64,000 nucleotides of DNA from NCBI GenBank assembly GCA_964519305.1, contig CAZFHY010000001.1, positions 64,001 to 128,000 of the forward strand. The letters are read 5' to 3'. This DNA is from Candidatus Undinarchaeota archaeon (lineage in GTDB: Archaea; SpSt-1190; JASMDC01). The notes below the pieces were generated by a model. It worked only from the letters and a program-made list of their open reading frames with translations. It was not told where the DNA came from and did not search any database. The translations under genes were made by a program, and so were the position numbers. Shown here one piece after another: positions 54,585 to 64,000 of this stretch (position 1 is the first letter of the stretch; each line of letters begins with the position of its first letter).

Positions 54585-57338
54585 CTAAGCGTCCGTCGGG
54601 CATCGGTTGTTCACCCATCCGCCGGGATTGGGAACGATGATTATCGTCTCTGAAGAGGTCACCTCTGTACCGTCCGGTGTCGAGCCGCGCAACGTGACCA
54701 GTTCCTCACCGGTCGTGATTATATCGGGGCAGAAGCGGACATTGACCATGCTCGCTCCAAAGGACTCCTGATATGGTGTTACAAGCACATCATAGTCCTT
54801 TCCGCGCACTGTCGCTGAGATGCGTTGGATATCTCCCTGAAGCAGGAGGTCCATGGTCAGGTCGAAGCCCCATATGGTCTGGGCTTGGAACAACTTCTTG
54901 GGCGTGACCTCGCGAATGACGATACGTGCAGGCAGCTGCTCCACAAGCTTGACAGAGCGCTCGGCCATCCCCTCCATCCCCAGGTGTGAGATATACACCG
55001 AGAACGGGACATCCGACTCCTCGAACTCGCCCATGCCTAAGAGGGTGGCGCGCCAATGGCCGCGGGCGCGATCGTACTCCAGGGAGTCGATATTGAGCAC
55101 CCGCCACCCCAGCGAGAAGGTGAAATCGTCCTGCATTAGGTCGGTGAGCTCCGTACCCGAAGCGTCGAAGGCCCGGAACTTCACGTCTAACCGCTCTCCC
55201 TTCTCGAGGCGGCGTGTGGATAGCGTTGTGGGTGCGTCAAGAATCGTTACGGCCACGTCCGCCATCCATCGCGGGTACCATACCTCCACATATGACCGCA
55301 CACTGTACACGGCATCACCATACCTGCCCGTGAGGAGCAGTGGGTACTTGCCCGGTGCGAGAGGGATGGACACGCTCCCCGGGATGTGCCAGAGGCCTTC
55401 ACCCCGTGACTCTATGGCGCCCAGCTCGATGGGGGAGCCGCCAAGGTCCAGAGAGAACGTCGGCTTGTCGGCAAGCACGTTGCCCTTGTACGTCGCCAGT
55501 ACCGTGAGCTCGAACTGTGTGCTCGCGAGCGCATCGGCCCGAACGCTCTGGGGCTCGATATGTGTGAGCTTGAGCACGAGGTCTGGTTGGACACAGCCGT
55601 CCGGAGTACAGGCCTCCCCGAAGTAACAGTTGTCCACCACCCGCGGGCCGTCCGTGCAGGCACAGAAGCCCGAGCAGACCTCACCATATGCGATGCACGG
55701 GAAGCTCTCGAGACCTTTCCGCACCATGCAATCCCCCGCGTCCCTGGCGACGACATAGGGCTGGAGCCCGAGTTCTTCACAGCCATTATCAGCGCACTTC
55801 TGGGTGTGGGTGCATACACCGACGAACGTACCTGCCCCGGCGAAGCATAAACAACCAGGGAGCTGGACCGAGGTGGGATCACAACGTTGCCCGGTATCGA
55901 TACAACGCAGCTTGCCAAGAGTGAGTGCGAACGCGCCCCCCGGACAATATCTGGAACGGTCACTGTCCACGGCGGCCTCTGGACGGGTTATGACCACCTG
56001 CTTCCGAGCAGTGGCCACGACCACGTCATCGCTGACGACCTTGATGAGAAGTGTGTACGTCCCCGACCGTAGCGTCTGAGGAGTGTCCAGGAGCACTTTA
56101 GTACACGGGTTCGGCTCGCCCATGGCCACCACATAACCTTCGGCGCTGACCATCTCGGATCGACATGTCATACCAGGGAGGTTCAGGTCGGCGATGACCG
56201 TCTCACCCGGTGCATAATCGCCCCTTTCGATCTCGACCTCGGGATCGGCGGTAGTGCTGGAAGGGAGGATGCGCAGCGGTCGCGTGGTGATTGTACGACC
56301 GGAGGAAGACTCACGGACCTCCATGATGTAATCACCGGGCGGTATATCGAGGGTGACCAGCCGAGCCTCTCCATTACACGGGACGGCGCGTGTCACCGAC
56401 ATTCGACCGTGAACGTCCGCAAGGTGGAGCGAGCACCGGGAGTCAGGATCGGGAGAGGTCAGGTGAACTGACAAAGGTTCGCCCACGAACCAGATATCTC
56501 CGGTCTTGTCATGCATGACCACTGACACGGGCACTGCAATGTCATCACCTGCAACCACGAGACGGTCCAGGGAGAGTTGGTCGGTGTCCGTGCCCAGCGC
56601 CACACCGTCGAGGAAAAAGGAGGTAGCCGTCGTCCTGACCTCGTACTCGCCCGGGGACCATGACTCGCTGGTGCCGAAGTAGGTCGGGACACAGCCCTTG
56701 ACGATCTTGGTGTCCAGATTATGAGTGCCGTTGGCAAGGGTATGTACGCACATAACCACCCGAGGTCTGTTCGCCGGGAGCAACGTCGTGAGCGACACAA
56801 TCTGCCCCAGCTGGAGTTCGGGCCCTTCCAGTTCCACGTCAAGTGGGAGGGGGGCGAGCACGGGAAAGGTGTACCGGACGTCCAACCGCGTGGGCTTCGT
56901 CCCGGTGAACGAGAGGCGTTGGCGATCGGGCATGGTCACCTTGATGGACCAGCGGTCCATATCGACTGGGAGGCGCGTGAACAGTGGATGATATCCGATA
57001 GTGAGGGTGAGCCGGTCCTCCTCCTGACCTATGTCGAGGATAGCTTCAGATATATCCTCTATTCGCACCTGGAAGAAGACCTTGCGGTTCGCTTCGTCAA
57101 TTGTACCATAGCAGGATGAGATCGGGCTGGTGAGCGTTCGTCTACACAGTTCTTGGCGTAGACCTTCGATACCAGCAGGAAAAATGTCACCTGACGCGTA
57201 CGTCACTTTTACGAACACATCTGCTTCTGGTAGGGCTGATAGGTCGAGTCGTTCCTCTACCCGGATGGCGCCACTCATAGCGAGCAGCACCACAAGTGCG
57301 GTCAGCAGCATGCGTCCGTTCTGGTCACGAATTCCCAT
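54585..57338 (-). CDS. Large secreted multi-Ig-like protein with a central Cys-rich segment
   Basis: Signal-like N-terminus, repeated xPGxY beta-sandwich motifs and a central Cys cluster. Confidence 0.7.
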   Translation of the reverse strand: MGIRDQNGRMLLTALVVLLAMSGAIRVEERLDLSALPEADVFVKVTYASGDIFPAGIEGLRQELCRRTLTSPISSCYGTIDEANRKVFFQVRIEDISEAILDIGQEEDRLTLTIGYHPLFTRLPVDMDRWSIKVTMPDRQRLSFTGTKPTRLDVRYTFPVLAPLPLDVELEGPELQLGQIVSLTTLLPANRPRVVMCVHTLANGTHNLDTKIVKGCVPTYFGTSESWSPGEYEVRTTATSFFLDGVALGTDTDQLSLDRLVVAGDDIAVPVSVVMHDKTGDIWFVGEPLSVHLTSPDPDSRCSLHLADVHGRMSVTRAVPCNGEARLVTLDIPPGDYIMEVRESSSGRTITTRPLRILPSSTTADPEVEIERGDYAPGETVIADLNLPGMTCRSEMVSAEGYVVAMGEPNPCTKVLLDTPQTLRSGTYTLLIKVVSDDVVVATARKQVVITRPEAAVDSDRSRYCPGGAFALTLGKLRCIDTGQRCDPTSVQLPGCLCFAGAGTFVGVCTHTQKCADNGCEELGLQPYVVARDAGDCMVRKGLESFPCIAYGEVCSGFCACTDGPRVVDNCYFGEACTPDGCVQPDLVLKLTHIEPQSVRADALASTQFELTVLATYKGNVLADKPTFSLDLGGSPIELGAIESRGEGLWHIPGSVSIPLAPGKYPLLLTGRYGDAVYSVRSYVEVWYPRWMADVAVTILDAPTTLSTRRLEKGERLDVKFRAFDASGTELTDLMQDDFTFSLGWRVLNIDSLEYDRARGHWRATLLGMGEFEESDVPFSVYISHLGMEGMAERSVKLVEQLPARIVIREVTPKKLFQAQTIWGFDLTMDLLLQGDIQRISATVRGKDYDVLVTPYQESFGASMVNVRFCPDIITTGEELVTLRGSTPDGTEVTSSETIIIVPNPGGWVNNRCPTDA

Positions 57339-59068
57339 TTCCCATCCACTTGTACTGGAACCAGAGGTTCCATGACTATCTCATAATTGTTCTCGGTATC
57401 GGGCTCAATCTCGACCGATCCCATATACGTCTGGACCTTGAAAGCAGTGTTCCCCATGCTATCCTTGTTCGGGTCCGCGATGACCACATAGTCGCCCGGC
57501 ACCAGGCCGTCTATAGTGTACTGTCCCTCTTCATCTACGACCGAGGTATGCTCCTCGCCGGTGGCAAGGGCCGCTGCGATGATCGTGACAAAGCTGGGTG
57601 GGTTCCCCTTGACGTACCCTAGGCGGTCTAGCCCTTCTTCCACCACGCGGTCGCGCTGGCCAGCGCAGGATTCCCGTGTACAGTACACTCGGTTCCGTCG
57701 CGATACCGAACCGGATAGGCTACCGAACTGTTTCAGCACTAGCTCAGCACTGGCCGCACGGTCAGGGTGGAGATTCACCGTGAGCTCTGCTGGGGCGAAG
57801 CCCTCCTTAGCCACATGTAGCGAGTGTGTCCCGCAAGGGATCTCACGGTACTCGTCCGAGGCGGACCCAAGGAGACACGGCCCCAAGAACACAGGAGCAT
57901 CGCCCACACCATCACCCTCACGAAGTGTGAGGTCCAGTGAGCATCGTCCCTTGCAGAGGGGTGATACGAGCGAGGGGCCTTCGAAAGGTACGTTATCGGC
58001 GAGAGCCAGTTCTACCGCCACTTTGAACTCCAGAGGTCGGGCCGTGAGCACGCTCTCGCCCCTTACTCGGGAGATGGGCTGGGTATCCATCACGGTCACC
58101 CTGATTGGAAGTGTCACGTTGTAGAACGCTTTCCAGACCCTGAAGCACTGTGCCCCGAAGGAGGTCACCTCCTTGACGACACGGTCGGTGTTACCGCGCT
58201 GGTCCAGGAGCCTCACGATGAGGTCCTTATCTTCATAATCGAGGGACCACTGGATGTTGCTCTCCTGGAGCTCGGATTCACGTACAAGGGAGAGCTCCTC
58301 GGACACGGTTAGTACCATGTTCTCCTGAAGATGGAGCCTTATCTCGTCCACGGTGACGGTCTCCTCCTGACACCCGAACTCAGGCGGGCTGTTCGGAGAG
58401 AATATACGCGGATCCTCGATGATTAGATGGCCAAGGGACTTCTCAAGCCGGCGACCGTTCTTATGTATGGTCACATACTCCTCTGCCAACCGACGAAGGA
58501 GGAGCAGGCGGACGGGGAGGTCAGCTGTGACTTCCATCCGAGCGGTGCGCTCTTGCGCATCAGTTACATCGATCGAGACAGTGGTAGTGATACGGTTCTC
58601 GTCAGCATAGCTGACGTCGACCTCGGGAGGACCAAATGTCAGGTCGGCGATATCCTTGTCCAGTATCTTGATCGCCTCTCCGAACCGGGCCCAAGTCTCC
58701 CTCTTCAGAGCGTTGGTTACCTGTTCAATAGAGGGGATCGTGGACACGTTGCCTCGGACGAACCAGTAGGGCGTAGGTCCATGACGCAGGAACGGGAGGT
58801 GTTCCCGGCGATATCCCCCATGTAGCGCGAGCTCCTCGCACGCCCCGAACGTAGCGTCCTCCAAGGCCTTGGTGAGCACGACATCGAGCTTAACCGCTTC
58901 CCCCGCATCGGTCTCGGCTTCAAGCTCATGCTGCCGGACATCCGTCTCGGCGCTGCTACGTGAGTACTGGAGGTACATGACCATGGCGACCATGAGAGCG
59001 AACGCCATCATGCCCATGAGAGCTATCTGTCCCCGGCGACCCACCACGACACCGAGCCATCGCAGCAT
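57302..59068 (-). CDS. Class III (prepilin-type) signal peptide protein with PEGA/carboxypeptidase-regulatory-like C-terminal domains
   Basis: GRRG|QIALMGMMAFALMVAMVMYL; later GTHSLHVAKEGF and DEEGQYTIDGLVPGDY. Confidence 0.7.
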   Translation of the reverse strand: MLRWLGVVVGRRGQIALMGMMAFALMVAMVMYLQYSRSSAETDVRQHELEAETDAGEAVKLDVVLTKALEDATFGACEELALHGGYRREHLPFLRHGPTPYWFVRGNVSTIPSIEQVTNALKRETWARFGEAIKILDKDIADLTFGPPEVDVSYADENRITTTVSIDVTDAQERTARMEVTADLPVRLLLLRRLAEEYVTIHKNGRRLEKSLGHLIIEDPRIFSPNSPPEFGCQEETVTVDEIRLHLQENMVLTVSEELSLVRESELQESNIQWSLDYEDKDLIVRLLDQRGNTDRVVKEVTSFGAQCFRVWKAFYNVTLPIRVTVMDTQPISRVRGESVLTARPLEFKVAVELALADNVPFEGPSLVSPLCKGRCSLDLTLREGDGVGDAPVFLGPCLLGSASDEYREIPCGTHSLHVAKEGFAPAELTVNLHPDRAASAELVLKQFGSLSGSVSRRNRVYCTRESCAGQRDRVVEEGLDRLGYVKGNPPSFVTIIAAALATGEEHTSVVDEEGQYTIDGLVPGDYVVIADPNKDSMGNTAFKVQTYMGSVEIEPDTENNYEIVMEPLVPVQVDGKWEFVTRTDACC

Positions 59069-59122
59069 TATATGTTTTTAGGATGATGAAAATATAATAC
59101 TTGAGCGGCCTATTGCTGAACG

Positions 59123-62100
59123 GTGGAAGCGAGAGCTGTCGTGATGGCCCTGTGCCTTGCGCTCGTGACGGTGTCCGCACTGGACGTAGCGCCCTCTTGC
59201 ACCGGCGCGTTCACAGATTCCGGGCCTCTTGATAAGGGTGCGGCTTCGACAACAGTAGGCGCTCTTGCGGCCTACGCTCACCAGAAGTGCGCCCAACGTG
59301 CCATCGAAGGATGCTGTTACTTCGTCGTCGGCTCGGTACCAGACGGATTCGACCACTGCGCCGTCGCCTCCAACGGTTACATCTGCGACACGGACGGCGA
59401 TCCCTGCTATCACGTGAACCAAGTAGTTGATGGCGGACATCCAAAGTGCTGCCAGGACCTTACGTCCCAGACCGCTCATGGTTCGTTCGTGGCATTCTCC
59501 CTCGAGAGTGTGGCCCCGTTCTCCTCAGTATCTCTCCGCCTCACGGCGACCTGTTCCCCCGGGACGTCCACGGTGTGCGAAGCGGGACCCTCTGTCGCTC
59601 TGGCGACGTGCACATCATCATCATGCGATGACAGCTCAATGGATGATTGTTCCCCGCGTCCCGCCGTCACTTTCACCGCGTCCGGGGAAATCCTCACCGC
59701 TGACATTTCGGCCGATGTGCTCGATACTCTGGCCGCAGGGAGCACCTCTTTAGGGCTCAGGCTCACTGCACCAGCAACGACCCATACCTTCTCCTGGCCG
59801 ACCGATACGCTCTGCACAGAGGTCTACTATGAGGATAAGGGACGGTGCGATGTCGTTGATGGGACGAAGCACACTGGCGTGCAGCTCATTGGAGACGGTG
59901 CACCAGCGCTCATCATCGACCGTTCCTGTACGAACGGGAGGGATTGTGGCCCCGGAGATACCTGGGAATGCATCCTCTCGCAGGGGATCACCGGCCAGTG
60001 CGGCGAGTGCTCGGACAATCCCGGAGCACCATGCACGACCCGGGAGGGAGCCAACGGTTTCTGCTGTGGTTCGGTCTGCGCACCCGTCCCGTTCATCTGG
60101 GCCGATGCCAGCGGGGACGGTCGCCCGCCGGGTGAGGTGTGCGGGTCCAGTACGTGCTCAGGCACCATCGACTGCAGTAATGCGGCATGGGTCTGCTCCT
60201 CGACAGGGAACACATGTTGTAAGGAGGACGCTGTGCGCTCGTGCTCGACCGCCGGGGTGTGCGATGCCGAGGTCACGACGGAGTGCGCTCCCTATCTATG
60301 CACGAACGGCTCGTGCGCCACCACATGCGTGGACGATGACGGGTGCGCGAACGGGTACGCCTGTATCGAGGGGGCCTGCCGCCAGCGGTGCTCGTCCACG
60401 CTAACCTGCGCAGGTAATCCCTGCGTGGATACTAACAGTGACGCTAAGCTTGATGCCTGTATGCCCTGCGCTTCGGGAGGGCAGCGATGCGGGCTTCCCG
60501 ATGGGGGATCAGGTTTCTGTTGTGGTGGTTCCTGTAAAGTGCCTCCGTTCAACGTCGACAAGAGCGTCGGTGTGCTCTCAGCCGATGTCGGGTGCGGGAC
60601 CGGCCAGTGCGCAGGAAAGGCCCTCTGCACCGAGGACTGGCTCTGTGATACCAAGGGCACGGGCTGCTGTACCGACGACCGCCAGGGCGCGTGTACCTCC
60701 GCGGGTTCCTGTGAGACGAAAACGGACTGCAATCCCTTCAGGTGTGACGGGAACTCATGCGCTACAAGCTGTACAGACTACAAGGGATGCACGACAGGGT
60801 GCTGTGCCGGAAAAGTATGCGTGGCCTTCGGTTCCGTGAGCGAGGGCGACCCATGCCTTGAGGGATGTCAGTGCGCCACAGGTCTGTGCGACAAGGGCGT
60901 TTGCCGCACAGCGCCCACCTGCATCAGGGCCGACGAGTGCGAGAGCGGACTGTGCGTGGAGGGGGTGTGCCGTGATACCTGTGGACCGGACGGTGCTACC
61001 TGTCGTACCTTGTCCGGTGTGGGTAACTGCTGCGCAGGCTCATGCCTGGCCGCACCTACCGGTCTCTCCCCGGACGGGGCGTGTGGGGCAGGCAACTGCA
61101 CGGGCACGGTCATCTGCCGAGGAACGTGGATATGCTCATCGAACAGTACCGCCTGCTGCTCCACAAGCGATGCTGGTTCCTCGGCTGCTGGGTCATGCTC
61201 GTCCCTGGGCGAGTGCCTGCCGTCCGAGGTTTGCCTTCCCGGATGCGATGGTGTCCTCTTCCTGGTCCGTGGATGCTCTGCAGGAGCATGTACACCGGTA
61301 AAGCAGGAGGTCTGTACGGGACGCTGTACGTCCGAAGGGTGCGTAGGATGCCTAGAGACGACCGACTGCCCTCCCACTGAATGCGAGGGTACCGTACTAG
61401 TAACACGCTCGTGCGTGGACACTACCTGCATCGAGGAGGAAGCGGACTGCGGGGCGGACGGGCTCGTATGCACGCCCGACGGTTGTACTGGCTGCAAGGG
61501 GGATACGGCGTGCACCGAACTCTATGGTGAAGGATACGCATGCCATCTACCTAGCGGTACATGTCGCCTTGCCGTCTGCAGGTCCGATGACGAATGCCCC
61601 GGCACCTGCGCTAATAATACCTTCGTCCCGGGACAATGCCATGACCTGGTATGTGTCCAAGGTGAGCCCGTACCTTGTACCCTGGGCGAGGTCTGCTCGC
61701 TCCAGGGATGTACTGCATGCACCCATCGCGTGAACTGCAGCATAGCGTACGGCCTCGGGCGCTCATGTGTCGCAGGCAGGTGCGTGGACCTCTGCGGGGA
61801 CGGTACTTGTGATGCCGAGGAGAACTGTCGTCTCTGTCCCCCGGATTGTGGATGTCCCACCGAGATCATGTGCGATCCCCTTGCCACGCAGGGTGATACG
61901 GCCGGGTGCGTTGGGGATGAGGACGATGATGGGATCATCGACTCGCGGGACCCCCGTCCCCGCGACGGGGACAACATATGCGCACGTAACCAGGACTGCC
62001 AGCCGGCCTGCTACACCAACGTACTCTACCAGTTCCGGTGCGTGAACGGGGGCTGCACGATCCTTGAGAAAACACCCTGTAGTGACGAGCATCTTGTGTG

Positions 62101-63421
62101 CGATCCTGTCGTTGGGACGTGCGGACGATGTTCTGATGACGGTCCATGCCGCACCCTCATAGGCCCCCATGGACAGTGCTTCAAAGGCACCTGCCTTCCT
62201 GATTCGGACGAGGATGGTGTGCCAGATACCATCGATCCCTGCCGCCTCGATCCCACCAACACCTGCACGATCCGGTGCGGGGACGAACTGTGTGACGATG
62301 GTGAGGACTGCGTCACCTGTCCCCAGGACTGTGGATGCGATGACGGCAACCACTGCACTAAGGACGTGTGCGATCCGGACGCCCGCATTTGCGCCAATAC
62401 ACCCCTTCCCTGTGGTAGCGGGTGCGGTGGGGGTAATGTGTGCGACGGACGCGGCGGGTGCGGTGAACCGGGTGGCGAAGCCGCCTCATGCGGCTGCACG
62501 GAAGTCTGTCGACGTGGCCTCATGTGCCTCCAAGGATCATGTATTGTAGCGACATGCGGTGACGGTAAATGCGAGAACGAATGTGGCGTCTGCCCAGAGG
62601 ACTGCCCACCGTCAACGTGTGCCGGGGACGGGACGTGCGATCCTACGACCGGCGAGGACTGTCTCACATCAGCCGACTGCGCCTGCACGACAGGGGACCT
62701 GTGCGATCCGAGATCCCCTCTCGCTGACGTCAACGGATGTGTTGGCGGATGCGGGGACGGGCGGTGCCATCCCGATGAGTGCGCCTTCTGCGCAAAGGAC
62801 TGCTCCGTGTCCGACTGCAGCGGGAATGGTGTCTGTGACACGGCCATCGGTGAGAGCTGTACCACCAGCAACGAGGACTGCGTGTGCCATGCCGACGTGA
62901 ACGTGACGTCCGAGGTCGAGTCCGAAGCAGGTACGTGGACATCCATACCCATTCAGGTCCATAACGACGGGACGCTCGCGGACCGCTTCGTCATCATGGT
63001 CAGCACGTCGCTCGATAGCAAATGGGAGCGCGTGGAGACCTCTGAGATGGAACCGAACGCCACCCAGTTCCTCACGCTCGAGGTACAGGTCCCGGAGAAG
63101 GCAGGTCGTCATCCCGTCCGGATCCGTATCACGCCCAAGAGCGACCCATCAAGTGAGGTCGAGCGCACGGTGATGGTCGAATCGGCGGTCAAGGGATGGC
63201 TCGAACGGACCCTGGAGGGCACGATCCTTGGCTGGGTCCTGGACATAAAGGACCTCCTTGAACTTGTGTTCATCATCGTGTCGCTGGCCGGAGCAGTCGT
63301 ACTTGCCTTCCGCAAGCGCGGTCAGCTGGCGCGTTCGGCCCAGACTGGTGCCCCGGCGGTCTACAACCAGCCACAGTCCATGTACAACAATATGCGGTAC
63401 TATGGACCGTACTACCGGTGA
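59123..63421 (+). CDS. Giant Cys-rich single-pass surface protein (CGDGxC repeats, TSP3-like Ca-binding motifs, C-terminal Ig-like domain, TM, Tyr-rich tail)
   Basis: Signal peptide; very Cys-rich; CGDGTC/CGDGKC/CGDGRC repeats; DEDDDGIIDSRDP and DSDEDGVPDTIDPC; VHNDGTLADRF Ig domain; TM LLELVFIIVSLAGAVVLAF. Confidence 0.88.
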   Translation: MEARAVVMALCLALVTVSALDVAPSCTGAFTDSGPLDKGAASTTVGALAAYAHQKCAQRAIEGCCYFVVGSVPDGFDHCAVASNGYICDTDGDPCYHVNQVVDGGHPKCCQDLTSQTAHGSFVAFSLESVAPFSSVSLRLTATCSPGTSTVCEAGPSVALATCTSSSCDDSSMDDCSPRPAVTFTASGEILTADISADVLDTLAAGSTSLGLRLTAPATTHTFSWPTDTLCTEVYYEDKGRCDVVDGTKHTGVQLIGDGAPALIIDRSCTNGRDCGPGDTWECILSQGITGQCGECSDNPGAPCTTREGANGFCCGSVCAPVPFIWADASGDGRPPGEVCGSSTCSGTIDCSNAAWVCSSTGNTCCKEDAVRSCSTAGVCDAEVTTECAPYLCTNGSCATTCVDDDGCANGYACIEGACRQRCSSTLTCAGNPCVDTNSDAKLDACMPCASGGQRCGLPDGGSGFCCGGSCKVPPFNVDKSVGVLSADVGCGTGQCAGKALCTEDWLCDTKGTGCCTDDRQGACTSAGSCETKTDCNPFRCDGNSCATSCTDYKGCTTGCCAGKVCVAFGSVSEGDPCLEGCQCATGLCDKGVCRTAPTCIRADECESGLCVEGVCRDTCGPDGATCRTLSGVGNCCAGSCLAAPTGLSPDGACGAGNCTGTVICRGTWICSSNSTACCSTSDAGSSAAGSCSSLGECLPSEVCLPGCDGVLFLVRGCSAGACTPVKQEVCTGRCTSEGCVGCLETTDCPPTECEGTVLVTRSCVDTTCIEEEADCGADGLVCTPDGCTGCKGDTACTELYGEGYACHLPSGTCRLAVCRSDDECPGTCANNTFVPGQCHDLVCVQGEPVPCTLGEVCSLQGCTACTHRVNCSIAYGLGRSCVAGRCVDLCGDGTCDAEENCRLCPPDCGCPTEIMCDPLATQGDTAGCVGDEDDDGIIDSRDPRPRDGDNICARNQDCQPACYTNVLYQFRCVNGGCTILEKTPCSDEHLVCDPVVGTCGRCSDDGPCRTLIGPHGQCFKGTCLPDSDEDGVPDTIDPCRLDPTNTCTIRCGDELCDDGEDCVTCPQDCGCDDGNHCTKDVCDPDARICANTPLPCGSGCGGGNVCDGRGGCGEPGGEAASCGCTEVCRRGLMCLQGSCIVATCGDGKCENECGVCPEDCPPSTCAGDGTCDPTTGEDCLTSADCACTTGDLCDPRSPLADVNGCVGGCGDGRCHPDECAFCAKDCSVSDCSGNGVCDTAIGESCTTSNEDCVCHADVNVTSEVESEAGTWTSIPIQVHNDGTLADRFVIMVSTSLDSKWERVETSEMEPNATQFLTLEVQVPEKAGRHPVRIRITPKSDPSSEVERTVMVESAVKGWLERTLEGTILGWVLDIKDLLELVFIIVSLAGAVVLAFRKRGQLARSAQTGAPAVYNQPQSMYNNMRYYGPYYR

Positions 63422-63431
63422 TGGAGCGGTT

Positions 63432-64000
63432 TCAGGCCTGGCCTTCCCAGCCACCCTGACCTGCGGCCGGGTAATGGTTCCGGTAGTAGTAGTAGGATAG
63501 TCCCTCGTACCCGCCATCGTAGTATGTCGTCACGGGCACTGGGGCTTGCTGTTGTTCGGTGGATCCCCCCGTGCGGACCACGGACAGCGCCGCCAGTACG
63601 AGAGCCAGGGCGACCAGTCCTGCGAACACCATGGTCCGACGGTCCGTGTAACCCTTCGAGCGGACCACGAGCGGTTGCTGTGGTTTCGTGGCGACCGGTG
63701 TCGCGGCGGGCGAGTCCTCCACCAGATCGAGGGGGACGCACTCAGAGTCGGGGCAGACGGACGTGACCTTGATCGTCCCCGTGGTCTTCACCGCAACGGA
63801 CGTGTCCTTGATGGCAGCAGTGATCGTGTACTCGAGCGGGCCGCTCTTGTCCTTGGGCACACGGAACGGGAGCTTGAGCACCTCGGTGGTGCGCATACCA
63901 AGGTTGTAGTGCTTTGCGTCCTTGAATAGCGCGGCGCCCTGCCCCTGGAGATCCAGCTCCAATAAGGCCGAGCTTGTGAGGTAGTTGGTAATCACGACGT
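63432..64000 (-). CDS. C-terminal part of a single-pass surface protein (starts beyond the window)
   Basis: Frame open to the window end; Ig-like segment, TM MVFAGLVALALVLAALSVV, tail QQQAP...YYDGGYEGLSYYYYRNHY. Confidence 0.7.
   Translation of the reverse strand, partial: VVITNYLTSSALLELDLQGQGAALFKDAKHYNLGMRTTEVLKLPFRVPKDKSGPLEYTITAAIKDTSVAVKTTGTIKVTSVCPDSECVPLDLVEDSPAATPVATKPQQPLVVRSKGYTDRRTMVFAGLVALALVLAALSVVRTGGSTEQQQAPVPVTTYYDGGYEGLSYYYYRNHYPAAGQGGWEGQA

Noticed and set aside
1-64000. tRNA, rRNA, transposase, integrase or defence genes
   Set aside because: None recognised by eye. Intergenic gaps are short and mostly explained by promoters; tRNAscan and Infernal were not run.

Overview
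This 64 kb window looks like a GC-rich archaeal chromosome segment. The evidence is Alba, SMC, porCDAB, AMMECR1, a CDP-alcohol phosphatidyltransferase and TATA boxes about 22-25 nt before many start codons. The lineage cannot be fixed from sequence alone. Housekeeping genes (udp, smc, pyrG, por, nnrDE, mscS, cutA, rnd-like, albA) alternate with very large Cys-rich surface proteins of 2196 aa and 1432 aa. The standout is a compact, divergently transcribed His-Xaa-Ser RiPP-type cluster at about 41.9-48.3 kb. It has one precursor with two HxS/HxN repeat blocks behind an export-like leader, one HxsB-type radical SAM/SPASM enzyme, two HxsD-like proteins and four HxsC-like radical SAM paralogs. Other notable items: a single-pass protein with an adaptin-appendage-like cytoplasmic domain, LamG cassettes with near-identical DNA borders but divergent cores, Tyr/Gln-rich tails on surface proteins, a small Cys4 protein with an H1-like Lys/Ala/Pro tail, and a 52-aa acidic ORF missed by the ORF track. 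I recognised no tRNA, rRNA, CRISPR array or transposase. All family calls come from motif recognition by eye; no searches were run.
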